59,398 nt of DNA from Candidatus Merdicola faecigallinarum (GTDB lineage Bacteria; Bacillota; Clostridia; TANB77; CAG-508), in contig DVNH01000016.1 in the NCBI GenBank assembly GCA_018714565.1, positions 1-59,398 of the forward strand, written 5' to 3'. Numbering within the stretch: position 1 is the stretch's first letter; each line of letters starts with the position of its first letter. This document shows, in pieces, positions 38,727-48,361 of the stretch. A program made the translations under genes and the position numbers. The notes under the pieces are model-generated. The model did not search any database. It had not been told where the DNA came from and saw only the letters and a program-made list of their open reading frames with translations.

Positions 38727-41162
38727 TTACTTTCTCTCCTTCATTTGTTTTGTTTCATTTTGTAATTCTTCTATTTGTTTTTGTTGCTCTTGCACTGCTT
38801 TCCATAAAATAGATGTCATAGTATAAGCATCTATTGCTTGATTATTAGTTGACATTACCTCTTTTGGTGTTTTGTAATTTTCTCCAATAATAAAGCCAAT
38901 ATGTTTTTTAGTTTCTTCTTTTTCTCCTTTATAATTAAAACTATATAGTTCACCATTTTTAACTATATCTAAAGCTTTATCTGTAAATTGTGTTATGTCC
39001 CTTTTCTTTTCTTCCAAACTATCATATAAGTACGAATAAGCATGTATATCAGCCAAAACATATAAATCGTTATCTGTAATAGTACGTTGACTATCTCTGT
39101 TGAAATTCCAATTTAAACCATCTAAATTAATTAATATGTTGTACGGATTAAATTCAAAATAATTTGTTGAACCACCCACTCCAAATCCAGAAGGAGTAAA
39201 ATAAGCCCTATTTCCTGAATCGTCTTCAATCCAAAAAGTTGGATTTTCTTTTGTTCCTCCACTTAAGTTTATTTTTCCACCCTTAAATGTACCATTATTA
39301 CAAGTCATATTACCATTTTTGTCTATTTTAAAGTTATCATTAGCAGAAACAACTCCGTTGATATTTATTTTCTCCGCTTCAATAGAAATTTTCTCAGCGC
39401 TTTGATTAATTTTTGAAATAATTTCATTTTCATCAACCTTTTTTCTAACTTCTAAATTTATTTCTTCTGCAGTTTGTTCAATAGAACTATGCATTTCTAC
39501 CTTAGTAGCATACAAATCATTTGCATCATTTTGTACAAGGTATTTACAATCTATTTCCCAATATGGATATTCTTTTATATATACATAATTTTTACCTTCT
39601 AACAATTCAATCTCAAAAGATCCAACTGTTTCTTCAATTGGATCTTTTAAAACTGTAATTATTTTTCCTTCCCTTTGAATATATCTTAAGACTTTTACTT
39701 CGCATAAATTAGTATCTACATTCCTTTCAATTACTAATTGATCGTGTATTTCGTTATAATCATTAAGTTGTTCTTCTATTTTAAAGACATATTCCCTTAC
39801 ATTTTCTGAAGGGTCTATTCTCGACTGAGAATCTATTACTAATGTAATCTTATTGTATTCTCCTTGTGTTGTTAAAAGAGAACTTGGAAACAATTTAGAA
39901 TTTGGATATAGATATAATGGATCTCTACTTTTTCCATACATAATTAGTTTTAAAACTGGAAATGCTTCTGCATTACTCAAAATCAGTTGATAATTTCCAC
40001 TCACTGTATTAGTAAAATCTTGTACATTATCGACCTTTTGACTTATTTCGTCTAATGTTTGTGTTACTTCAGATATTTTCTCACTATTCTCATCTGTTTC
40101 CTGTACTAATTGTGTTATTTTTCCTTCCGCTTCATCTATTCGACTTTGTACTCTTCTATTAATAAGTTTTTGACTCGTTTCTTTTACTGTGGTTTCTTGT
40201 TTTTCTTTTATTGCTATCTTGCTACTTATTTCTGCTATAAATCTTCCTTGGAAATCCGCTTCCCCCTGATAAAGTACAGACTTTCCATCTATAATTAGCT
40301 TATCTCCTTCGTCTAATGCAGGATCTATTATTGTTTTTCCTTCAAAACTATAAGCTTCAAATTCTTTCATCTGATTATAGATTTTTTCTACTTCATCTTC
40401 TTCAATAATGTACATATTCTCTTGATTAATCCATAAGTTATTCCCTGTATCGTCTCCAAATTTAAAACTTTCTACGCCATTCTCGTAGCTTACTTTTGAA
40501 ATATTATATTTTTCTCCCCATTTATATTCTCCAAATAATTCCAAAGGAATTTCCTGCGAATCTTGATAAAATTGTCTTATATATAATTTTCCATCTCTTC
40601 CTATACAAGCAAAACCTCCAGCACATTCTGATATGTAACTTAAATATTCTCTTGCTGTAATTGTATTATCATAAACAGAAACTTTAGTATCTGAGTTAAG
40701 AAAAGAAGTAGAACCTATTTCTACTCCTGCTTTCTCACATATATCTTCTAAAACTCGCATTAATGTAGTTGGATATGTTAATTTACTTCCATCATAATTA
40801 AATTCAAATTTAGACATATTATCTATACATTTCACTGTCAAAGTATTGTCATCATTATCTGTATAATCATCTACATTAAAAATTCCAATCGGAATCATCT
40901 CATATTCATTATTTATTAAAATTCCATAATCTACTTTAACTTGACTAATATTCTCCGTAACTTGGTTTTTATATATTTGTAGTTCTATATATCTACTACT
41001 TGTACTACCAAGTTTTAATTCTTCATCATCAAATAATGTTTTTCCTACTTTGAAATCAAGTATATAATTTGGATCTATAAGTACATCATCTATATAAATG
41101 TTAAAAACACTCTGTACATTTTCATATATTCTTTCTTTCCATTTTTGACTTGTACTATACAT
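38727..41162 (-). CDS. Tail tip/spike protein with C-terminal intramolecular chaperone (S74-like)
   Basis: DSLEEKKRDI..YSFNYK..HIGFII..LWKAVQE, then coiled coil. Confidence 0.8.
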   Translation of the reverse strand: MYSTSQKWKERIYENVQSVFNIYIDDVLIDPNYILDFKVGKTLFDDEELKLGSTSSRYIELQIYKNQVTENISQVKVDYGILINNEYEMIPIGIFNVDDYTDNDDNTLTVKCIDNMSKFEFNYDGSKLTYPTTLMRVLEDICEKAGVEIGSTSFLNSDTKVSVYDNTITAREYLSYISECAGGFACIGRDGKLYIRQFYQDSQEIPLELFGEYKWGEKYNISKVSYENGVESFKFGDDTGNNLWINQENMYIIEEDEVEKIYNQMKEFEAYSFEGKTIIDPALDEGDKLIIDGKSVLYQGEADFQGRFIAEISSKIAIKEKQETTVKETSQKLINRRVQSRIDEAEGKITQLVQETDENSEKISEVTQTLDEISQKVDNVQDFTNTVSGNYQLILSNAEAFPVLKLIMYGKSRDPLYLYPNSKLFPSSLLTTQGEYNKITLVIDSQSRIDPSENVREYVFKIEEQLNDYNEIHDQLVIERNVDTNLCEVKVLRYIQREGKIITVLKDPIEETVGSFEIELLEGKNYVYIKEYPYWEIDCKYLVQNDANDLYATKVEMHSSIEQTAEEINLEVRKKVDENEIISKINQSAEKISIEAEKININGVVSANDNFKIDKNGNMTCNNGTFKGGKINLSGGTKENPTFWIEDDSGNRAYFTPSGFGVGGSTNYFEFNPYNILINLDGLNWNFNRDSQRTITDNDLYVLADIHAYSYLYDSLEEKKRDITQFTDKALDIVKNGELYSFNYKGEKEETKKHIGFIIGENYKTPKEVMSTNNQAIDAYTMTSILWKAVQEQQKQIEELQNETKQMKERK

Positions 41163-41164
41163 TT

Positions 41165-41581
41165 TTAGCCTCCTGCATTAATTACAGTTTGTTTTTGAGC
41201 TTCTGTTAATTCTTTTTGCATCAAATTAAAAGATACTTTCCATAAACTTTTGGAAGTATCTTCATCCTTCCCAGTTAAGTGCATTTCACTTGTTCTCTGG
41301 CTCACTCTAAATTTTGCATTTTCTAATAACCCTCCTTGAACACTAGGACATTTTACAGTTACTATAAGAGGATTCCTATATGTTAATTGTAATAAATGTT
41401 CTGCTTCTTCTTCAGTTAATAGATTCCATGTCATTTCTAATTTTAACATTCCTACAGCAATTGGGTTGTCTATCAATGATCCTGTTACTTTACTTGTATA
41501 ACTGTCATTGTCTGTGTCTTCTATATTATCTTTATATGTACTTGGAGTTTTTTGTACTACTCCATCTACTTTCCATAACAT
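41165..41581 (-). CDS. Tail protein after the TMP (Dit-like position)
   Basis: Synteny. Confidence 0.55.
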   Translation of the reverse strand: MLWKVDGVVQKTPSTYKDNIEDTDNDSYTSKVTGSLIDNPIAVGMLKLEMTWNLLTEEEAEHLLQLTYRNPLIVTVKCPSVQGGLLENAKFRVSQRTSEMHLTGKDEDTSKSLWKVSFNLMQKELTEAQKQTVINAGG

Positions 41582-41592
41582 AATCTCTCCTC

Positions 41593-44442
41593 CTATATTG
41601 TAATACTTGCTGTTCCATTTCTTCTATGTGCCTGTCTAATCAAATTTTCCATTTCAACTGCTACTTTATGGCTTCCAAATTGAATAACTAATTGCTTTAT
41701 TCCTTCATTCCTACTTGAGTTATTATCTTGATATCTTGACATTACTCTATCAAATGTTTCTTCCATAATATTTTGTGGTGTTACAATTTCTGGATTTGTA
41801 CTTGCTCCTGGATATTCTGCCATTTCTGCTATTGTTGGTACTCTTAATACTGCTCCTTTTGCTAGTCTTGGTAATGATATTGTACTTAATTGCAAACTTA
41901 TTGGATCTAACCCTATTAATGATCCTACTGCATTAGCAACATCACTAATTCCTCCTAGTACCCAATTGATTCCTTTTATTACTCCATTAACAAATCCTTC
42001 TATACCACCTAATATTGCATTTATAACGGATTTAATTGCTCCCCAAATACCATTCCAAACATTTACTACTGTATTTTTTATACCATTCCAGATATTATTC
42101 CATACTGTGCTTATAGCATTTAATACAGTTGTTATAATTCCTTTTACAGTTTCTATCACTGTTGAAATAGTTCCTGAAATTGCATTCCAAACTGTAGAAA
42201 CAACGCTTTTTATAGCATTCCAAATTCCACTAAAGAAATCACAAATACCTTGCCAAGCTTTTTCCCAATCGCCAGAGAAAACTCCAGCAATAAATTCTAT
42301 TATTCCTTTTAGAGCCTGAATTACTCCTCCCAATATATTCATTATCGAACCTATAACACTGCTAATCGTATTCCATAAACTTTCAAAAATAGGTTGTAGT
42401 ACTGGCAACACATTTATTACAAACCAATCAATTAATGGTTTTAATATATCATTCCATAATGTTTGTAGCAATGATATTATATTATCTATTAATGGTTTTA
42501 AATGTTCGTTGTATAAGTTTATAAATGCATTTTTTATACTTTCTATTGCACCATTCACAACATTTCTTACAGTTTCAAAATTTTGATATAAATAAACTAA
42601 TGCAGCTATTAATCCAGTTATAGCTAATATAATTAATGTTATTGGAGACGTTAACGCTGAAAATATAACAATTAGCCCATTCAATATTGCTTGTGCTGCA
42701 TTCCATAATCCAATTGCTGCTACTACAATTGCTATCGCTGCTCCAACAGCTTCTAATACTGTCACTGCCGTTTCATTTTTAGCTATTGATTGTAATGCAT
42801 TCCCTATTGTTGTTAATAATTCTCCTATTGAAGACATTACAATTTCTAATATTACGCCTGACATCTCAGAAAAACCTGATATTACTGGTTCTAAAAATTG
42901 TACAATTCCACTTATCGCTGTCAATACCCCATTTAAAAAATCTTGAAAACCTGTACTAGATACTAAATTTAAAATAGCCTGAGTAATGTCGTTTATCATA
43001 TTAGCAATACTTTGTATTATTTCTGTTCCATTATTATCATTTTTCCAAGCATTTGTCCAAGCTTGGCCTATTGCTCCTATTGAATTTAAAATATTAGCCA
43101 ATATTGAATATATTGTTCCATTAGTAATAATATCCTCAATACTTTCCCACATAACACTTACACTAGCCAGTATTCCATTTATTGCATTCTTTGCTGCTTC
43201 TACCACTATACTTCCATATTTGTTCCAACTGTCTACGATAGGCTTAAAGAAATCATATAATTTTTGACCTAATGCACTCATTTGACTGTCAGCTTGTGAT
43301 AAATCAAAACTTGGCGCCACACTTCCTCCGCTACTACTTCCATTTTCTGGATTAGTTACTTGAATGTTGTTTATTTCATCATGTACTCCTGCTAATTGTT
43401 TTGTCTCTTCTGCTACTTTCTTTGCACTACTTTCCATCCTTTTATATGATTTTGCGCTAGCTTTTGCAAATATATTTATCCCTGTTAAAGCATAAACCAC
43501 GCTTTGTATAACCTTCAATAATTGATAAACTAAATTTGTGATAGTCTGAATTACTGGTGCTAATGCATTACCTAGTGCATACTTCATATATTCGATATTT
43601 GCTCTTAATTGTTGTGCACCTGCGTTTTGACTCGTAAGCCACGCATTTGCTATTCCACTTATAGCTCCATAAATACTTTCTAAAGAAATAAGTGCTGCTG
43701 CATATTTCAAGACGTGTCCAATCCCTTGTTTCATTCCTTTTCCCATTTGAGTTATCTTTGCACTTATCTTACTTGTTATTTTAGGTAATTGATTAAATGT
43801 TCCTTTTATTTTTGATGTAACATTTACTAAAGAACTAAAAGTATTTTTTACTTTTTCTACTGCCCTGCTCCATACACTTTGTTTTGTATATATTTGTTGT
43901 ATTTGTTCTGCTATTTGACCATATTCTTGTTTAGTGGTATTTAACTTACTATTTAAAGTTTGTATTTGTTGCTCTAGTTTTGTTGCTTCTTTAGATAAGC
44001 CTTGATATTCTTTATTATCTCCTAAAGCATTATTTACAGTTGGCTCTATTGCTTTGTTCCCTAATTCTACTCCTTCTGGAGTGTATTGTTTCCAAGTATT
44101 AGCTTGTATATTATCCATTTCTACATATACTTGCCTTAGTTTTTGTTTTGCTTCTTCAAGTTGTCCTTGATATTTTTCTACACTTGCTCCTGCTTTATCA
44201 AATTGACTTTGTAATTGCTTATCCACGCTAGTGTTTTTTACTTCGCTTATTTTTTGTTTTACTTGTTGTACACCCTGTTGAACTTTAGTAAGCATTCCTT
44301 TTGTTTCTATGTTGCTCAAATTGCTTTCTACTTGTTTTATCGTCTTTTTTAATTGTGGAACTATCTTCTTAAATTCTATTAATGCTTGTTCAACACTAGC
44401 CTGTACAACTATGTCTAATTCTTCTACCGTTATCTTAATCAC
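41593..44442 (-). CDS. Tape measure protein
   Basis: Coiled coils, periodic Trp/Phe repeats, C-terminal LPRLAKG..AE..PEIVTP; exact start uncertain. Confidence 0.93.
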   Translation of the reverse strand: MIKITVEELDIVVQASVEQALIEFKKIVPQLKKTIKQVESNLSNIETKGMLTKVQQGVQQVKQKISEVKNTSVDKQLQSQFDKAGASVEKYQGQLEEAKQKLRQVYVEMDNIQANTWKQYTPEGVELGNKAIEPTVNNALGDNKEYQGLSKEATKLEQQIQTLNSKLNTTKQEYGQIAEQIQQIYTKQSVWSRAVEKVKNTFSSLVNVTSKIKGTFNQLPKITSKISAKITQMGKGMKQGIGHVLKYAAALISLESIYGAISGIANAWLTSQNAGAQQLRANIEYMKYALGNALAPVIQTITNLVYQLLKVIQSVVYALTGINIFAKASAKSYKRMESSAKKVAEETKQLAGVHDEINNIQVTNPENGSSSGGSVAPSFDLSQADSQMSALGQKLYDFFKPIVDSWNKYGSIVVEAAKNAINGILASVSVMWESIEDIITNGTIYSILANILNSIGAIGQAWTNAWKNDNNGTEIIQSIANMINDITQAILNLVSSTGFQDFLNGVLTAISGIVQFLEPVISGFSEMSGVILEIVMSSIGELLTTIGNALQSIAKNETAVTVLEAVGAAIAIVVAAIGLWNAAQAILNGLIVIFSALTSPITLIILAITGLIAALVYLYQNFETVRNVVNGAIESIKNAFINLYNEHLKPLIDNIISLLQTLWNDILKPLIDWFVINVLPVLQPIFESLWNTISSVIGSIMNILGGVIQALKGIIEFIAGVFSGDWEKAWQGICDFFSGIWNAIKSVVSTVWNAISGTISTVIETVKGIITTVLNAISTVWNNIWNGIKNTVVNVWNGIWGAIKSVINAILGGIEGFVNGVIKGINWVLGGISDVANAVGSLIGLDPISLQLSTISLPRLAKGAVLRVPTIAEMAEYPGASTNPEIVTPQNIMEETFDRVMSRYQDNNSSRNEGIKQLVIQFGSHKVAVEMENLIRQAHRRNGTASITI

Positions 44443-44504
44443 CTCTTTTCAAGCATAGTAAAAAACACCTACATTTCTGTAAGTGTCTAAAATATTTTTA
44501 TGAA

Positions 44505-44990
44505 TTATTTTAATAATTCTTTTTTCTTTTTTTCAAATTCTTCTTGAGTTATTATTCCTTCATCTAAAAGTTTTTTAAATTTCATTATTTCATCTGCATT
44601 TGAAATATTTGTTTGAATAATATTTGTTTTATATTCTTCTATTTTTTTTAAAATAAAATTATAAATTTCTTCTGACTTTTTAGGAATCTCTTTATTAAAG
44701 GCTCTTAATATTAAAGTATTAGGGTCTTTTGCTGCTTCTAAAGTAGTATTTCCTAAAAAACCAATATTTTGCTTTGTTTCTATCGTTCCTGATGTTAAAA
44801 ATTTTATATATCCATTTGCCCAAATACTAGGTTTTTTATATTCAATGCTTGTTAAATCTTTGTAAAAGAAAGTTCTATCTCCTTTTAATCCTTGTGAAAC
44901 AAAACCTAATGCTGTGTTTCTTGATATTACGATCCTATCATTATAAACTAATAACATTCCATTTGTGCACTTTAATTGAAATATTTCCAC
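44505..44990 (-). CDS. SHOCT-domain moron protein (DUF4429/PH-like N-terminus)
   Basis: ADEIMKFKKLLDEGIITQEEFEKKKKELL; own promoter and terminator. Confidence 0.8.
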   Translation of the reverse strand: MEIFQLKCTNGMLLVYNDRIVISRNTALGFVSQGLKGDRTFFYKDLTSIEYKKPSIWANGYIKFLTSGTIETKQNIGFLGNTTLEAAKDPNTLILRAFNKEIPKKSEEIYNFILKKIEEYKTNIIQTNISNADEIMKFKKLLDEGIITQEEFEKKKKELLK

Positions 44991-45041
44991 ACTTATTCCC
45001 TCCAGTTAAATAATACCATTATTTTACAATTTATGCAAGTT

Positions 45042-45368
45042 TTATTTAAATTTTCTTAATCTTGCTATTTGTTCTTCTGGAGATTGTATTTTTATTTTTG
45101 GTTCTTCTTTAAATAATTTAGAAAACATCTTCTTTAATGGAATTACCTTTGGTCTTTTACTCATACTATCTGCTTTTATTAATTTATCTGTTACTGCTTC
45201 TTGTAATAATATTTGTATTTTAAAATCATCTAATAGTCTGACCATATTAGTTTTTAAAAACGTGTTTATATATCTATACTCACAATTCCAAAATTCGTCA
45301 GGTTTCATATTAAAATAATATGAAAGTGGCTCTAGTGAAAATACTAATTCTTTTAATGTTTTGGTCAA
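45042..45368 (-). CDS. Tail assembly chaperone, C-terminal (gpT-like) frame
   Basis: MKPDEFW motif; no RBS; -1 frame relative to the upstream chaperone. Confidence 0.7.
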   Translation of the reverse strand: MTKTLKELVFSLEPLSYYFNMKPDEFWNCEYRYINTFLKTNMVRLLDDFKIQILLQEAVTDKLIKADSMSKRPKVIPLKKMFSKLFKEEPKIKIQSPEEQIARLRKFK

Positions 45369-45391
45369 TTTGATATTTTCTATTAAATCAT

Positions 45392-45841
45392 CTATGCTCT
45401 GTATCCTTGAAACTCTTGCTCTGCTACTTTTGCTATTGCTTTTTCTGCTGAGTTCTTTATAACTTCGTTCATATTCATTGATGATAAAGGACTTGACATC
45501 TTGTCTTTTAGTTGTTCCTTTGTCATCTTGCTGTTGAAAAAACCTTCTTTATTTATATCTGTTGCAATTTCTTCAAATATATCCTTATATGTCTTTTTAT
45601 TTTCTTCCATATAATCATCTATAAAGTCATACACGTCTGTACTACTTTTAAATGAACTTGTTTTGTCTTCATTCTCTGCTAAAATATAAATTATTTTGCT
45701 TAAAGCTTCTAAATCAAATTCATTCATAGCTTTAAAATATACATCTTCAAAATTTTTTCCTTCTAATCTTTTAGCAATATCTGCTATCTTTCTTGTTCTT
45801 AGTACTAAATTTATTTCTTTATTTTTTGTTTTTAATAGCAT
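45392..45841 (-). CDS. Tail assembly chaperone (gpG-like)
   Basis: Between the major tail gene and the TMP; start at the ATG after AAGGAAG. Confidence 0.75.
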   Translation of the reverse strand: MLLKTKNKEINLVLRTRKIADIAKRLEGKNFEDVYFKAMNEFDLEALSKIIYILAENEDKTSSFKSSTDVYDFIDDYMEENKKTYKDIFEEIATDINKEGFFNSKMTKEQLKDKMSSPLSSMNMNEVIKNSAEKAIAKVAEQEFQGYRA

Positions 45842-45925
45842 TATTATCTTCCTTTCTTTTCTCCTCTTTGCAAAAAGGAGAATGTCTTTTTCAGACATTC
45901 TCAAATATATTTATTTCTTCTTGTT

Positions 45926-46378
45926 TTAACCAGCTGATGTTGGTAATCCTTTTGTTTCAGAAACTTCTGTTGATTTGTATAATGTTATCGTTTCTTGTAA
46001 CATTTCATCAACAGCTAAGGCTGCCATTCCGAGTCTTACTTTAGCTTGGAAATTAAAGCATACTGGCTTTTGTGGTGTAGTTGCTGTTTCTTCTGGTAAT
46101 AGTATAAACCAGTAATAATCTTTTGTTTTGTCTAAAGCTTTTAATTTATCATGCTGTGCTTCTGTAAATAATATTGGTATTGCTATTGCATCAGCACTTC
46201 TTCTTCCTGGTACTTGTCCAGTATAATCTGTATCTAATGCACTAAATTCTATTCCTTCTGGTGCTGGATCAAATTCTGGTATCTCTTGTACCCAAGCTAC
46301 TTGTGTTTTTTCTCCTGTTAACTCCGTTGCATAATATAATTTACTTAACATTGTTGAATATGGTGTTCCATTTTCCAT
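45926..46378 (-). CDS. Major tail protein
   Basis: Synteny; EIPEFDPAPEGIEFSALD; strong RBS and downstream terminator. Confidence 0.8.
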   Translation of the reverse strand: MENGTPYSTMLSKLYYATELTGEKTQVAWVQEIPEFDPAPEGIEFSALDTDYTGQVPGRRSADAIAIPILFTEAQHDKLKALDKTKDYYWFILLPEETATTPQKPVCFNFQAKVRLGMAALAVDEMLQETITLYKSTEVSETKGLPTSAG

Positions 46379-46389
46379 TTAATTTCCTC

Positions 46390-46803
46390 CTATCTTATAT
46401 AACAAAACGAGTTCGTTAATACATTGTAACGAACTTCATATGTAGTTATAAATTTATATTTTTTTGTTATTTGGTCAAAAACAATAGGACTAGAATTAGT
46501 CCTTATAAAATTTCTTTTTTGTAATTTTTTATCAGTATTATCTGCCATTTCCATGCATATTCTTTGCTTATTATCCCAATGTTCAATACTAACTTGAAAT
46601 GTTTTTCTTATAGGAATTGCATTGTCTGTATTATTCACACTTTCAAGTGGTGTATCTATAACCCTACATGGGAATATACTTTCTGTTGTAGGTGTAGTTA
46701 ATACCACTTCAGTATTTGTTCCTTCGTTGTCTTGTATTGTAGACAAGTCATCATGTAATAAATCTGACATATCTTTTGTACTAAACTCATAAATCATTTG
46801 CAA
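46390..46803 (-). CDS. Tail terminator / completion protein
   Basis: Synteny; FP motif. Confidence 0.6.
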   Translation of the reverse strand: MQMIYEFSTKDMSDLLHDDLSTIQDNEGTNTEVVLTTPTTESIFPCRVIDTPLESVNNTDNAIPIRKTFQVSIEHWDNKQRICMEMADNTDKKLQKRNFIRTNSSPIVFDQITKKYKFITTYEVRYNVLTNSFCYIR

Positions 46804-47337
46804 ACTCCTTTCAACATTTCATATATTTGCTTTTCTACTGTTTCTATATTATTGTCTCTTGTCTTAAACTCTGCATCACTTAAGAAGTGATTTGGAGCTT
46901 GTCCATGAGCTATATAAAACTGCATTCCTTGTATTTCTACTTTAGGAAATCCTAAAGGCTTTTCTACTTTATTTACTGGAATAAACCATTCTGTATATCC
47001 ACTTTCTATAAAGTGCTTAGTAGTTCCAACATGTTCTTGCTCTGCATACTTGCCGAGTTCCAAAATATTCAAACCATAAATAAGACTGACCACTACTCAT
47101 AAATTTAGTAGGATCAGCATATACTCTTCCTTTTATTTGTCCTGTAGATAAATCTACTCTGTCTACTATAATACCTTCTTTATTATGTCCTTTTTCTAAC
47201 CTTATAGCTTCTGTTTGCAGATTTTCTAATACTTCTTCTATTCCACTTTTTATTGCCTGTGGAAGTTTCTTTTCTATTTGTTCAAATCTTTTAAAGTTAT
47301 GTTTTGCTTTTATTTTACAAGTTATCTTAATCGCCAT
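46794..47337 (-). CDS. HK97 gp10-like neck protein split by a +1 frameshift at CGG (47055-47053); 180 aa when joined
   Basis: YLWFEYFGT/GKYAEQ is restored by skipping C47055, which joins ORFs 47017-47337 and 46794-47093. Confidence 0.8.
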
Positions 47338-47659
47338 TGTATTTCTCCAATTTATATAAAGTAGTGTTGCCTATTTTAGGACAATCAGTAACGGTATAAT
47401 CTGGTATAAAACTGTCAAGCTTCGATATGTCTTTTAATGATATTCCATTTCCTTTTTGAATATCATATTCCATATCAGTTCTTGCATTTTCTATACCATA
47501 ATCTACTTCTCCTGCACTATTTCGATCTAGTTCATTCAAATCTTGTTGTAAATTAAGATATGCCATATCTTTATATTTCCATATTTTTTTTATTTCACCA
47601 TGATCACTTACTTTTTCATATTTAGATATCCATACTTCTGTTAGATCTTTAAGTAACAT
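47327..47659 (-). CDS. Head-tail joining / closure protein
   Basis: Synteny. Confidence 0.6.
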   Translation of the reverse strand: MLLKDLTEVWISKYEKVSDHGEIKKIWKYKDMAYLNLQQDLNELDRNSAGEVDYGIENARTDMEYDIQKGNGISLKDISKLDSFIPDYTVTDCPKIGNTTLYKLEKYNGD

Positions 47660-47967
47660 TATTTAATCCTCCTTAGACCAGATTTAATGATGTTATTTCT
47701 TAACTTATCTATGATATCTTCAAACGAACTAGACATACTTCCTTCATTTCTACTTGTTAACCCCTCTGTACCTCTTGCGAGATATTCAGCTTTTACTGCT
47801 TTCTTTATGTATGGGAATAATTTTTCATCATCTTTTGGTCTATTAGAAATATCTGAGGCAATAGAACTAACTTCCTCTAATATTTCATTTAAGACTTCTT
47901 TATCTTTACTTCTATAATTTGAACCTAAATCTGATATTATCTTGCTAATATTATTGTTATCTGTCAT
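47659..47967 (-). CDS. Head-tail connector protein
   Basis: YLARGTEGLTSRNEGSMSSSF (gp15/gp6-like motif). Confidence 0.8.
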   Translation of the reverse strand: MTDNNNISKIISDLGSNYRSKDKEVLNEILEEVSSIASDISNRPKDDEKLFPYIKKAVKAEYLARGTEGLTSRNEGSMSSSFEDIIDKLRNNIIKSGLRRIK

Positions 47968-47983
47968 TCTATTGCCTTCCTTT

Positions 47984-48361
47984 CTATTCAAATATAGCAT
48001 TATTAAATGTTAATGTAACTACATTTTCATCATCTACTAAAACTTCAAATTTAGCTGTCTTAGTAACTCTAAATACATTATCTTTTTCAAATGGTATATT
48101 TTCTTTTGTTGCTGTACCATTTTTCTTAAATGTCATAGTAGTGCCTGTTTTTTCTAAACTAAATGGGAAGAAGTACCCAGATTGCTCAGTAACATTAGAC
48201 GAATTAAATCCTGTATATCCAGTTACTTTGTGAAAAGTACCTGTTACATTACCATTTTCATCTACTTTTACGTCTGTACCTATCATATCTAATACTTTCT
48301 TTCCATATAGCTCTGTATCTTGACTTGGTATTGTCACATTTTCATTAGTTACTAGACTGAC
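47984..48361 (-). CDS. Capsid C-terminal extension reached by -1 frameshift (beta-rich domain)
   Basis: Frame is open back to A_AAA_AAG at the capsid 3' end; no RBS. Confidence 0.75.
   Translation of the reverse strand, partial: VSLVTNENVTIPSQDTELYGKKVLDMIGTDVKVDENGNVTGTFHKVTGYTGFNSSNVTEQSGYFFPFSLEKTGTTMTFKKNGTATKENIPFEKDNVFRVTKTAKFEVLVDDENVVTLTFNNAIFE

Noticed and set aside
38132-41162. Diversity-generating retroelement targeting the tail genes
   Set aside because: No reverse transcriptase and no template/variable repeat pair seen in the window.
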